Assembly (NCBI RefSeq): GCF_009914755.1
Contig: NC_060925.1
Reading direction: 5' to 3' (one strand)
DNA length: 64,000 nt
Source: the human T2T-CHM13v2.0 reference genome, Homo sapiens
The notes below the pieces were generated by a model. The model was not told the origin of the DNA. It saw nothing but the letters and a program-made list of their open reading frames with translations, and searched no databases. A program made the position numbers and the translations under genes. Positions 12,380 to 25,745 of this stretch are shown in pieces (the first letter of the stretch is position 1; the number at the start of each line of letters is the position of its first letter).

Positions 12380-13500
12380 CCCTCCTAGCAGCCCTCAGAT
12401 TCCTCTGGCTGGAGCAAGAAGCTCCAGTCCGCAGGCCCAGCACTTCTCAGGGCCCGAAGAGCCCGCCTCCGAGTTTTCCCGCCGCCGCCGCCGCCTCTGG
12501 GGCTACCTGGCAGGCTAAGCTGCCCACTGATCCCTGCCACCTCCGCCCCCCTCCCAGATGAGGCCACAGAGTTTCTGGCTCCTGGAGGAGGTGACGGGCG
12601 GAGAGGGAAACCAGGCGGCTGGGGGAGGGGCGTTGCCTGCACCTGGCCCTTCTCCGCCGCGCAAGCCGGGAGGGGCGGGACTGGACCCCCGCCAGACCCG
12701 AAAAGAGAGGCCGAGGAGGCGAGGGGTGCTCTCTCCACTCCCGCAGTCTGGGGCCGGGCGGCGAGGTCTCCCCCCACCACCCTCGCCGCGGAGGCGCCCC
12801 CTAGGGTCGGGCGCCAGGCGCCCCTGCCCGAGCTGCGCGCTTAGCTCGCTCCCCCGGCCGGCCGCGCTCTCCAGCTGCAGGAAATTCCAGAAGCTCTCCA
12901 TCATCCCCGCGCAGCGCGCAGCCCGGGCTGCCAAGGCTCCCCGAAGGAGAGCCACATGCCGGCCGGCCGCGCGGCCCGCCCTCGGCCCCCACCCGGTCCA
13001 ACCCGGCCGGGTAGCCACGTCTGGCCGGGCGGGGGCCAAGCCGGCCGCCCCTTCCCGCGCCCCGGGCCCGGCGGAATGCGTGGCAGCCCCGACCGGGGGC
13101 TATTTTGAGCGGGAGGGGAGCGGCCCGGCCTCGGTGTTTTCGGCTTTTTCCTGGCCCCCGGCCCGCCAGGCCGGGCCCTCTGCTGCCCGCTGAATGGGAG
13201 GGGGGGCGGGGTCACGTGGCGGGGGGAGGGGAGGGCCGTCGCGATCCGGGTCGGGCTCGGGCTCTGCCCCGGCCCGGGGACTGGAGGCGCCCGGCAGCGG
13301 TCCGGACCTGCGCTCTCGGACGCGGCTGAGTGGCGGGGTTATTAATAGCGTGCCTGGCTCGGGCAGTGGCTCCAGGGCGCCCGCTACCTGCACGCCCCTC
13401 CTGCAGAGAGCACTGGCGGCCCGGCGCTCCCTCCGCAGCGGCGGACTGAGGCCTAACTGGATAGCGCCACCGTGAACCGGCGGCCAATCACAGGCCTCGA
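12380..13500. promoter_or_regulatory. Intronic CpG island 2
   Basis: Dense CpG, (CCG)5-6 at ~12479, GC box plus GTCACGTG at 13201-13218, GGCCAATCA at 13482-13490. Confidence 0.85.
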
Positions 13501-13789
13501 TTTCCTTACCTGTAAATTGGGGTTGAGCTACCCGGCTTTATAGGGTAGGTGCCATATAAAGGTTTTGTTTGCTGTGTGCCTCTCCTTGGGCAAAACGCTG
13601 TCACAATTGGGGGCCTCCGTTTTCCTTATTAAAACGAAGGGGTCTGAAAAGGCCCTCTGCAGGGAAAGCGTCCGGACATCTGAACAATGCGTTTTCACTG
13701 ACCACCTATTTGTGCCTAGCGACTACCCAATGGTCACTGCTAACACAGGGCACCTGCCCTGCATTATTAGCATGCGCTAACTCAATTAT

Positions 13790-13930
13790 AAGGCCTCCAT
13801 AAAGTAGGTAATATTATCCCCTTTTTGTTAATGAGAAAGCTGAAGTTCACGAAGGTTAAGTGACCCACCAAAGGTCACACAATGTCAGAGCCTAAAGTCA
13901 GAAAAACTCTGGTTCCAGAACCCGTTAACC
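13790..13930 (-). mobile_element. MIR
   Basis: gtaggtaatattatcccc...gaaggttaagtgacc...aaggtcacac. Confidence 0.65.
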
Positions 13931-13976
13931 ACTGAACACAGTGTTCACCCTGACACAGGCAGGACAAGCATTGCTG

Positions 13977-14537
13977 CTTCCCTCCTCCCTTTCAGGCAGT
14001 CCCTGGGGACCCCTTCTGCTCTGGTCCCAGTTCCAGGCATGAGGGGCTGTTCTCAACAGCTCCACTGGGGCCATTCCCACCTCCATCTACCCGTAGGGAC
14101 ATGGGGGGATCACACCAGTGTCACCCTTACAACAGTGGAGGCTGCTTTTGGGCATGTGGTGACCCGTGACCCTGGCCCTGTCTAGGCACTGGCCATCCTG
14201 AGTCTAGCACCTCACACACACACATATATACAGTGCATCCCAGTGCTCACCGCCTGCCCACACCCCCCAACGCCAGCACCCACCGTCATGACATGAACAC
14301 AGAGACCAGTACCCTACCTTGCACTGGTGACAGCGCCCCTGTCACAAAGCCAGCAGCTTCAGACAGCATCCCTCAACATTCTTCCTGGCTACTCTGTCCC
14401 TGTCCCTCACTCCCTCTCCAGTAGCTCACAGTCCAAATCCCACAACGGATGGGGAAGCTTAGGCCCAAGAGGAAGGGATGGGAGGACACAGTCATCCCTC
14501 CTGAGACCCGGGGATAGGATCATAAATGAGGAAAGAA
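13977..14537 (+). repeat. Local direct duplication, copy 1
   Basis: Aligns end to end with 35843-36394, about 93% identical by manual count. Confidence 0.95.
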
Positions 14538-15612
14538 AATTGCCTTTGGCCAGTGAATGACAGACGTGGGCATCCAATACAAATCATTCAGCTCCTGGTC
14601 GGTTGCCCCACTGCAGCCCTCTGAATCTGTTCAGCTCCTGCCGTGCGGCAGCTAGAGGGGCCCCCAGGACAGGATTCTAGAAATGGGCACCAAGCTGGGA
14701 CCAGAGTCCTAAGGACCACTCTCTGCTCCCAAGTGTCAGTCCCAGACTATGGGCCCCTAGGTTTCACTAATCCATCAAATTCTAGACTCAGCCTAGCCTC
14801 AGAGCCATGGGGGCAGGGGCATCTGGGGGTGAGGGGAGATGGCATACAGGGGGAACAGCCTAGGACAGGGCTTGGAGCTGCTTCCTGCTCCCCCCACTCC
14901 CAAGCAAGGAAGCACAAAGACTGGCAGGCCCCCCACTCCGCCCCGGAAACCTGGCAGTTTATTTCTGTCTCTGGGCCCCCTGTTTCCACAGAGTCAGTCC
15001 AGGAAGGCTGGCAGCAGCTGGCTCGGAGGGGTGGAGCTCCTGCTCTCTCAAGGGTCCAGCTGCCACCCTGCTCCCCTCCCCCTGACCTGCCAGGCCAGAC
15101 AAGACTGAGGTGACACTGGGATAAGGGACAGGAACTGGGGGCCAGTGCTCAGAGGTGATACTGAATACCCTGAGAGGCCAGAGCCCCAACAGAGATTCCA
15201 CCTGAGGCCAGGGAGTTAAGACTCCAGGGGAGGGAACCCCTGACTCCCCAGCCCACAGCCCAGATGTTCTCCCAGGCAGTCAGACTACACCCAGTTCAAG
15301 TCTGCTAAGGGTGTAACCTCTGGCGAGTACAACCCTACTTGTTCCAGATTATTCTGGCTCATAACTCCTCTGGACCCTGGTCCCAAAGAAAAGCCTGTTT
15401 CTAAATCTGTGCTGTCCAACATGGTAGCCACTAGCCACATGTGAGTGTGGCTAGTCAGAACTGGAATGTGCTGTAAGTACAAAATATACACCAGATTCTG
15501 AAGTCTTAATGTATTTTTTAAATATAAAATACCTCATTAATAATTTTTATAAGGCTTATACATTAAAATGCTAGTACTTTGGATATATTGGGTTATATAA
15601 GATAAATTGTTG

Positions 15613-15917
<305 letters not shown>

Positions 15918-16006
15918 TTAAAATTAATTCCACTTACTTCCTTTTATGTCTTTTTACTTTGTTTAATGTGGCTACTTGAAAATTTTAAATTACATATGTG
16001 GCTTCT

Positions 16007-16300
<294 letters not shown>

Positions 16301-16348
16301 ACATATATGGCTTCTATTATGTGTCTACTGGATAGTCCTGTTCTAAAT

Positions 16349-16556
16349 CTTTTTTTTTTTTTTTTTAAGACAGTGTCTGGCTTTGTCACTCAGGCTAGAG
16401 TGCAGCGGTATAATCACAGCTCACTGCAGCCTCAATCTTCTGGGCTCAATCTTCCCACCTCAGCCTCTTGCATAGCTGGGACTACATGCTACCATGCCCA
16501 ACTAACTTTTTAACGTTTTTGTAGAGACAGGGCCTCACTACGTTGCCCAGGCTGGT
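16349..16556 (-). mobile_element. Alu (J-type), partial
   Basis: Poly-T then agacagtgtct...cagctcactgcagcctc. Confidence 0.9.
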
Positions 16557-16953
16557 GTTCTAGGTCTTGTGGGTTCTGGCTTTGGACTAAAGCTTTGCCT
16601 TCTCTGGATCCGTATCTGTGTGACTTTAGCTCACTCACTTTCTCATATCTAGACCACAGCCTTATGTGTTAGTCTAAATCTCACCACCCCACACCACCCC
16701 ACCCCAGTTTTCCGTGAATCTAGGTTCAGCCAGAGATGATGGCTTAGTCTGCTTTATACACACTATTTAGTGCATTTCTTGTTCATCAATCCCCAATATC
16801 TAGATCCCAGCAAGAGTGTGACTATAGATCACCTTTCATGTTAACTTGCCATGGATCTAGGTTCCAGCCTGACATGTCAACATTGTTTGCTTAGATCACT
16901 GTCTAATTAGGTTTAAAATCTACACACCCCTCAGGAGGAATAAGGTTCTAGAT

Positions 16954-17147
16954 CAGAGGTTGGCAAACTATGGTCCATGGCCTGTTGTCTGTTTTTATAA
17001 TTCAAGTTTGATTGGAACACAGCCATGCTCATTCGCTTATGCACTGTCTATGACTGCTTTCAAGGTGCAATGGCAGAGTTAAGTACTACTCATGACAGAG
17101 ACTGAATGCTTACAAAGTCTAAAATTTTTACTTTCCAGAATGACCAT
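16954..17147. mobile_element. MER58A-like hAT-Charlie DNA transposon
   Basis: cagaggttggcaaactatgg...ttggaacacagccatgctcattc...gcagagtt; preceded by TTCTAGAT. Confidence 0.8.
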
Positions 17148-17839
17148 TTTAGATGAGCAACAAATCCAACCCACTATAAATTTAGATTCCAGCCCAAGAC
17201 CATGGCCTAGTCTAATCTAGATCACCTCCTGCTGTGGTTCTAGACAGTGCTGCCCGCCAGGATCTAAAACCAGAGCCTAACATTGGTTCCCTGGTGCTTG
17301 GGTTCCAAATCCTACTCTGATCTCGGCAGATGGGCCCCAGGACTCCTCTCTGGGATGGAAAGGGTGTCTCTACTTCTTAACTCCCCTAGAGAGATCAAGG
17401 CCCATGGGCCCTTCTTGATGGCCTTGGGATGTGGGAGGGAGGGTAGATTCCAGAGACAGCACTGGAGGCTGAGTCAAAGAGTTAGGGGTAAGCCCTTCCA
17501 GAACAAGGGGGCAAAATATAATGAGGCCAAGAGATAGAGTGGCCCCACCTCCACCCCTTCCCAGCAGGCTCCAGAGCAGGTCACTTAGCTGGGGGTCATG
17601 TGGGACAGATACCAAGCCCTCTGGAAGCCAGGCCAGGGGGCTCTAAATGAAATCCGCATCTCCAGCCCCTTACCTCCAACTACCTGATGCGTCGTCTCTC
17701 CTCAGAGCTGAGCTGGCACCACTACCCCTCTTCCCTTTTCTCCTGCTCTGCTATCTCCACGGCTTTCTTTGAAAACCCTCCCATACCTGTCCCCTTCCCT
17801 GCCATTTCTTCTTCCTGAATCCTAGAATCCTTGGCTAAC

Positions 17840-18060
17840 CTTTGTGGTTAAGATCTCAGGGTCTGGATCTGACAAGCCCAGGCTTAACTTCCAACCCTGA
17901 CTGGGCAAGCCACTTCATCTCTCTAGGCCTCCTCAGTTTTCTCGTCTGTAAAATGGTAACTATTTCACAGGTTGTTGTATAGCTTTAACAAGATCATGAG
18001 GTATATTGCTCTGCCCAGTGCCTGGCACATAATAAGCATTTAATGCTAGCTGCTATTTTT
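17840..18060 (+). mobile_element. MIR
   Basis: gggcaagccactt...cctcagttttctcgtctgtaaaatgg...cagtgcctggcacataataagc. Confidence 0.75.
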
Positions 18061-18130
18061 ATTACTATTGATCATCTAGCTTAGTTCCATAGATGGACTT
18101 CACAGGTTTATAAACCTCACAACATTTTAA

Positions 18131-18632
<502 letters not shown>

Positions 18633-19759
18633 TAAAAAAATATATTTTTAAAAAAAATTTTTCTGGAGAGAAAGCCCCTAGGTCTCATCATCTTCTCAAA
18701 ATGGGTCCTTAGCCAAAATGGTAACCAAGAGAAAAAAAAAAAAAGGCAGGCACGCCTTTAGTTCAATCCAAATGGGAAAATAGAGGTGTGTAATAAAGAA
18801 GGGACCCTCAGAAAATCTGGGCAGATCCAAGGCCAGAACCCAGGGGTATCCTCTCCCAGGCCCTACTCCTTCCTCCAGTCCAAGTGGTCTCTCTGATCTG
18901 ACCTCATCATGTCTCACCTACTTGGCCATGACAGCTTCCTGGTGGGCTCCCCCACCTCCAGTCACCTCCTCTGAATCTCTTCCACCTCGAGCTAGCTACA
19001 TCTTCCTCAAATCCCATTCTCATGACTCTGCGTGTCTGCCCTGAAACCTTTAACAGCTCCCTACTGCTGACGACAACATCAAGGCCAAGGTCTTTAGCCT
19101 GACATTCAGGGGCCTTCAGAGCCAGCTTTGGCCCCACCAACCTCCTGGCTGTTCTCTCTCATCTGGTCAGCGGGGCTGACTTCTTCCTCGCCTCTCTTCC
19201 CCTCCCCTGAGTCTCAACACCACCCACACACTCACTCCGTTCTGGACAGATTCTGCCCCTTTGCTCAATCACACAGTGTCTCAGGCCTCCCCTGCTATGC
19301 CCTTGGGATTGCCTCTGGGTCCAGCCAACCTCTGAACTCACCCTGATTCCGCCAGACCAGCAGAAGCTGGCCAGGCTTGGCTCCAGGAAACAGGCCTCTG
19401 CCCCTGCTCTCCAGCGCAGCTCCATCCCTGGACATTGACCCACCTCGGCACTGCCCACACCCCTCCAATTCCCATCATCTCTTTTCATCTATCCTCTAGA
19501 CTTTCAGGAACAGAACAGCGAATCCCACAGGGAGTTAGCAGGTATAGCACTGTCCTCAAAGTCATGACTCTTGACTCAGTCAGATTGTTGTCTTCAAGCC
19601 ACACTGTCCTTATCTATAAAATTGGGATGGCAATACCTGTATCTCACTTGATTCTCACAAGGAATAACTGCCTTGTAAACTGGAAGGTGCTTTTTCTACT
19701 AAAACCTGCTATACAAATAAGAGTAACAACAGCCTCCATCTGTACATTGATTTAAAACT

Positions 19760-20000
19760 GCAGTAACCCTGTAATGTGGGCATGCCCAATGCCCCTTCTC
19801 TGATTCATTTTCCTCCTTGGTACATATCACCATCTAACGACCATTTATTTCACTTGTTTTTACATTAACTGTCTGTTTTACCCTCTAAATGTAAGCTCCT
19901 TGAGGGCAGGGATTTGTGTCTGTTTTGTTCACTGCTGTGTGTCCTAGAAAAGTGCCTGACATCAAGTGTGCACTTGATGGTTAAGGAATGAATGCATGAG
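19760..20000 (+). mobile_element. L2 3' end
   Basis: atgtaagctccttgagggcagggatt...gttcactgctg...gtgcctgaca...gaatgaatg. Confidence 0.75.
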
Positions 20001-20226
20001 TCAAGTGCTTACTGCATGGCAGGCACTGTGCTAAGCACTCCTCACAGAGCATCTCATCGGAGGGGTCAGGTACTTTGATGACCCTGTGTTTTGGAGATGC
20101 GATGTTCAGTTGACTTGCCCTGTTCACATGGTGGGACACAACTTAGCTAGGATTGGACTGCAGAGCCTGCCTTCTTGATCACTATACTGTAGTTTCTGTC
20201 CAGATGGGGGTTTATTTCTATTTCTC

Positions 20227-20471
20227 TTTTTTTTGAGACGGAGTCTTCCTCTGTCACCCAGGCTGCAGTGCAATAGCGCACTCTCGGCTCACTGCAACCT
20301 CCGCCTCCTGGGTTCAAGTGACTGACGAGTAGCTGGGATTACAGGTGCCTGCCACCACATGGGGTTTCACCATGTTGGCCAGGCTGGTTTCGAACTCCTG
20401 ACCTCAGGTAATCCGCCCACCTCAACCTCCCAAAGTGCTGGGATTACAGGCGTGAGCCACCATGCCTGGCC
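20227..20471 (-). mobile_element. Alu with internal deletions
   Basis: Central A-rich linker missing; TSD GTTTATTTCTATTT. Confidence 0.9.
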
Positions 20472-22194
20472 GTTTATTTCTATTTCTACATTAGCTAAGC
20501 CTCTCGAATCTGTCACCCTCCCTATGTCCTTGAGGCCACCAGCCCTCCCAATCCTCATCCTGATCTCACTCAGCAATTTCCTCCCACTTCTGAGCCCTAA
20601 GCCGCGTTCATTCTCACCTCAGGGCCTTTGCTGGTGCCCGGCACCCTGCCTGGCATGCTCTGGCTCCCCCATCTCTTTCAACTACCCATTTCTCAAGATT
20701 CACCTCTTCTGGGAAGCCCTCCCTCCAGACTTCACTTGTTCCCTTCCCTGAGCTCATGTCTTGTTGTTTATTGCTGAGAAAACCCACTCGGGGAGTGTAT
20801 GTTGATTTGGTTCATTCTCTAATTGTTTCCTGAAGTTGAAGGCCTTGCCCACCTCTGTCCTTCCTTTCTATTCCCCCTGTCCCTCTCCTGGCCAGGTCTC
20901 TCCCTCCTTCCTCTGCTGGATCAATGCCCTCACCCCTAACCCGTCTCTTAATCAGGTTTAAAGCTTTGTGACTAATAGTGTGGCTTTTGAGTCTCTCACA
21001 CTGCAGCTCCACCCTCTCCCTATTAGCTGTGTTTCCTTGGGCATGTCACTGTACCTCTTTGAACCCGATTCCTATCTGTGAAATAAGGATAATATGAGCC
21101 CCTGCTTCATGAGCAAATGTGCCTGGCACATAGTAACCACTAAGTATCAGCTCTTTATTATTTCTATAGCATCTTATCATTTCACTTATCTCCATTCTGA
21201 AGGCTTCAGCCTCCTCTCTGCCTCCTTCCCAAGCAGTTGTCCCCTCTTTCCAGATTATGGTGGTAACAATAAGATTGCTAACATGACCCCTTATGATCTG
21301 CAGTGACTGGAAACATGTCTGGCACCCAGCAGGTGCTTCATATTAGTTGTTGAATAAATTAATTAGCTAATTTAATCCTCACAACACCCTATGGAGGAGA
21401 GGAGAACTAGTATTATACTCATTTTACAGACAAGGAAATCAAGGCCCAGAGAGGGAAAGCAGCTCCCAGGGGCTGGGATTTAAACCCAAGCCGTCTGACT
21501 CCAAAGTCGGGACGCTCACTGCCCATTCCATCCTCACCATTCCCATCCTTATCTGCTCTGATGCCAACCCCAGGGAGGGACCCTTTCTTTCTCCAGGTAT
21601 TGGATCTTAGCATCTAGATGGATGCTCACTGAGCCCCTGCTCCAAAGCTAAACCTTCATGTTTTATCTCATTTGAGCCTCACAAAACCCTATAGCATCAA
21701 TGCCATTATTATTTCCCCTCAACAGGTGAGGAAACTGAGGCTCAGAGAGGAGTCAAGTAACTAAGGACACACAGGATTCAAAGCCCAAATTCTTTAAATG
21801 ACATGATTTTTTTGCAATGTTTTTCTCTTATTGTTTTATCCCACTGTTGAGAATTGACCACACCTATCAGCCTTGTTTTTCCAGTTAGTTGGGCAGCAAG
21901 CTCTCTGAGGCCAACCCTTCCACCTCTCCCATTGGTGGCCAGCACTGTAGCGGGGTGAGCTGTGCTCTATAGAGGCTTCTGAACCACTGATCTGCACACT
22001 CCTAGCGAGGCACAGCCTGACACTCTGCCTGTTTCCCCCACAGCACTCTGCCTTATCACCCCATCAAACTTAGTGTTGGGAAGGGCAGGGCTAGGTCTCC
22101 CCTTCGGCCTAGACTAGAGGCTCCCCAGAGATGCCTTATCCCCCAGGAATTCAGGGCTCCCATCTCCTACTTAGGGCATCAAGGGGGCAGGACA

Positions 22195-22580
22195 GGACAG
22201 GCGTGGTGGCTCACACCTGTAATCTCAGCACTTTGGGAGGCCGAGGTGGGCAGATCACCTGAGGTCAGGAGTTCGAGACCAGCCCGGCCAACATGGTAAA
22301 ACCCTGTCTCTACTAAAAATACAAAAATTAGCCGGGTGTGGTGGCAGGCGCCTGTAATCCCAGCTACTTGGTCTGGGCGACATGGCAAAACCTCGTCTCT
22401 ACTAAAAACACAAAAAATTAGGCAGGTGTGGTGGTGCACACCTGTAGTCCCAGCTACTTGAGAAGAGAATCACCTGACCCTGGGAAGTCGAGGCTGCAGT
22501 GAGCCGTGACTGCTCCACTGCACTCCAACCCGGGCAACAGGAGTAAGACCCTGTCTCAAAAAAAAAAAAAAAAAAAAAAA
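22195..22580 (+). mobile_element. Chimeric Alu with duplicated linker region
   Basis: Two A-rich linkers, junction near 22371. Confidence 0.9.
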
Positions 22581-22609
22581 GAAGGAACAAATGAACAAAC
22601 AAGGACTCT

Positions 22610-22830
22610 GGATCCTAGCCTTCCAAGTTCAAAGGGCGGCTCCACCACATACTGACTGTGTGACCTTGGGCAAGTCACTTTACCTTTTTATGCCTCAGTT
22701 TTCTGATATATGAAACAAAGACACTAATAAAAGGGCTGCAATAATAATTAAGTGAAGATCTGTTTATAAAGTTGGAATAGTATCTGGAACATAGTAAACA
22801 CTATATACATGTTTGTTAAATAAATAAAAG
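22610..22830 (+). mobile_element. MIR
   Basis: ctgtgtgaccttgggcaagtcacttt...gcctcagtttt. Confidence 0.75.
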
Positions 22831-25209
22831 TTGAGCTCCACCTAGCTCTAGAAAGGTTCCTGTGGTAGGGTACAGAGCTAGTGACAAAGCCCCTGTTCCA
22901 AACAGATAACTGAAGACACACAAGGAAACGGGAAGAGGTAGCAGAGACTGCACACCTTCGAGAAGCCCCTTGTGGCAGGGACCCCCTCCTCCTCCCCACA
23001 TCCTCCAGAGGCAGAGGACCCCATTTCCCGGCCTAATCAGTCTTCTGACCTAATCCCCCCACCCTAGTCCTCAAGCCACTTCCCCTCCCCTTCCTCCAAC
23101 TGTTAACTCTTTCCATGCAATCAGACTGTGGCCAGAATTCAGGCCCTGCTGCTTAGTTGCTATGTGACCCTGGGCAAGTTACTTAGCCTCTCTGAGCCTC
23201 AGCCATCTCCTCTATACAAGGGGTTAATCCCCCTGGAGGTCTGTCCTAGGGATTAATGAATAACTGAAATCATACCCCCGGATATGTCCATAGATACTAA
23301 GACATGCTGGTGTCCCACAGGCCCGACAATGTGGATGGGCATGCTGTCTGGGCACTGGGGTGGGGGAGAGGGGAAAGGAGCTGCTGTTAAAAACTGACCC
23401 CCAACTTCAAAAGTTTCCCCAAGGGTGCCTAAGCGCCATCCAAGGCAAGCTCCCCATCCTTCCAACTACCATCCTATGACATCAAAATACTGTTTCTTGA
23501 GAGACAGGCAGGGGCCTCAGGTCAGGCCCCTCATTGCCACAGTCACTACTTCCAAGGCCCTGAAGCAGACCTGGGCGAGAAGAGGGAGGGAAAGGAGGAG
23601 CCACAGGTGAGATGGGAGGAGAGGACCCCTGGTGGAGAGGACCCCTGGGATGAGACAGGCAGAAGGGGAGAGGGACAGGCCTCCAAGGACCTCCCTCTCC
23701 CCCACAGCTAACCCGGCAATCACCTGGCCCAGCCTTCCACCCATTTGAAAAGGAAGAGGAGCCAGCGGCAGTAGGTTATGATAGGCGATTACCCGTCATT
23801 AATTAATTAAAATAAACAGCAGATTAAATACAGCAAAATTAAAATAGCACAGGAAATTAATTCTCTCCTAGCCCTACCTCACAGGTGAGATGCTTAAAGG
23901 GGCCCTTGAAGCCAGGATCCAGGGCAGCTTGGGCTGGAGGCGTGTGTCACCAAAACCTGCCTTACACCACAACTCCCGGCAACCCCAAATATCAAAGGCA
24001 GAGCCCAGCTACCCATAGGCACCCACCTGGCTCTGCCACCCCAGATTGGCCTCCTGGCTCCTTATCCCCAGGGCACTCCAAGCCCTGCTCCCCAGTCAGT
24101 GGGCAGGAAGGGTCCTGACACCCTCTAGGTCGGGGGGTTGGACACTGGGCCACATCTACCACCACACAGGTCAGAGCAGAAGAAAAGAGGCACCCTGGTC
24201 CTCTCTTCTGGGTCCCCTCTGGGGCTTGGAGTCAGGTCTCGGCAAGACCCCCCTCTTCTGTGCTGAGGCCCTGGCCCCTCATTTGGAGTGCCCCAAAATC
24301 CATCTCTGAGGACCCCTCACTTTCCTCCACTTTTGGCTTAGGATGCTCTGGAAGAAAGTACTGCTGAGGCCCAGAATCCCAAGCCAGAAAAATGCCTGAC
24401 CCAGTTGGCTAGACCAACCAACCCCTAGGACGTGATGCCAGAATTCCCTCCTACACAAGACTAATCGGCTCATTGCACAGATGGGGAAACTGAGGCCGGG
24501 GAAGACAAGGCATTTTGTTTGTGGTCACCCAGTGACCTAGTAGGAGAGCCTGAAGCTGACTCTCTAAGGGGTACATTCCATGTCACACTACAACACTGGA
24601 TTTTCAGAGGGCGGCTCAGTTCCATGCTGCCCTCTCCCAGCCTAGCCTCTGAGGCCTCGCCTCCATAGGCCCGTTCCACAACTTTCCCTTCTGTCCTACG
24701 CAGCAACTGGTTAGACCTCAACCAACCTCAGTTCCTGCCCTCGGCCTTGCTGTTCACCTAGCTTGCTTGGAAGCTCCTTCCCCAACTTCTCCCTGCCCAA
24801 ATTCTACCAGCCAGCTCAATACCAGTTCCTCCATGAGCCACCCAGAACCCTGACAATTTCCTTTAAGCTTCTGGGGTGGAGGTGAAGGTGAAGACTCACT
24901 CTCTGCTGTCTGTGTGATATGGTTATCAGGTGAGCTTTCTGTAGACTAAGAAAAGAGTCTGGGCCCCAGCAGCTGGCACAGTACCCAGCCCTCAGAAGAT
25001 GCTCAGTAAATCTCTTCATCTGATGTCCCCCCATGTCCAAGTGATAACTGACAATAATGGCTATTATTTATTGAGCAGCTACTACAAGCCCAACACCTGT
25101 ACTACCCCATCCTTGCACGACGAACCTTGCTCATAGAGGTTGTATGACTTGCCTAAGGTCACTCAGCTCAGGAACTGGAACCCCACTGATCCTTAACCCT
25201 AATTGAATC

Positions 25210-25745
25210 TCCTCTCCATCCTACTCACCACTTCTAGGTTAGACCATCATCTCCCACTTGCACTTCCAAAGCCCCTCAACTAGCCTTCCTGCCTCCAGTC
25301 TCTCCCTCCCCTGGTCCTGCCAGCAAAGATTTCCCATAACCCCTTGAAGCCCACTGGATAAAACTGAAGCCCCAGAGCATGGCATCTGCACGCCGTGACA
25401 TCTGCCTTCTGGCCTCTTTGCAGTGTCTCCTCTGGTCTGTGAACGTCCCTCCGTTTTCTCAGCATAACACACTTGATTCACTTTCAGGCTTTGCATATGC
25501 TATTCCCACTGCCTGGAACACCCTTCCACGCTTCCTCTTATGAATTCCTACACATCTCTCAACATCCAAGATCAAGGGTTACTTTACAATGGAGTTGGAA
25601 GAGACAGGCAACAAATAGGCTGGTCACAAAACTGAGAGCCCTGTGAGGGAAGGGCTCATGTCCATCTTGGTCACCACAGTATCCCCAGGGCTTAACTCAT
25701 CATCAATGCTCAATCAATATTTGTTGAATGAATCAATGAATGCTC
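25210..25745 (+). mobile_element. L2 fragments
   Basis: accatcatctc...ggctttgcatatgctattccc...gcctggaa...ctcaatcaatatttgttgaatgaat. Confidence 0.7.

Noticed and set aside
5366-13487. 140-211 aa ORFs at the two intronic CpG islands
   Set aside because: Same GC artefact; no recognisable protein or supporting splice structure.
13501-13512. Strong minus-strand donor CAG|GTAAGG beside CpG island 2
   Set aside because: It falls in a MIR core fragment upstream of the island, and no matching acceptor or start was found.
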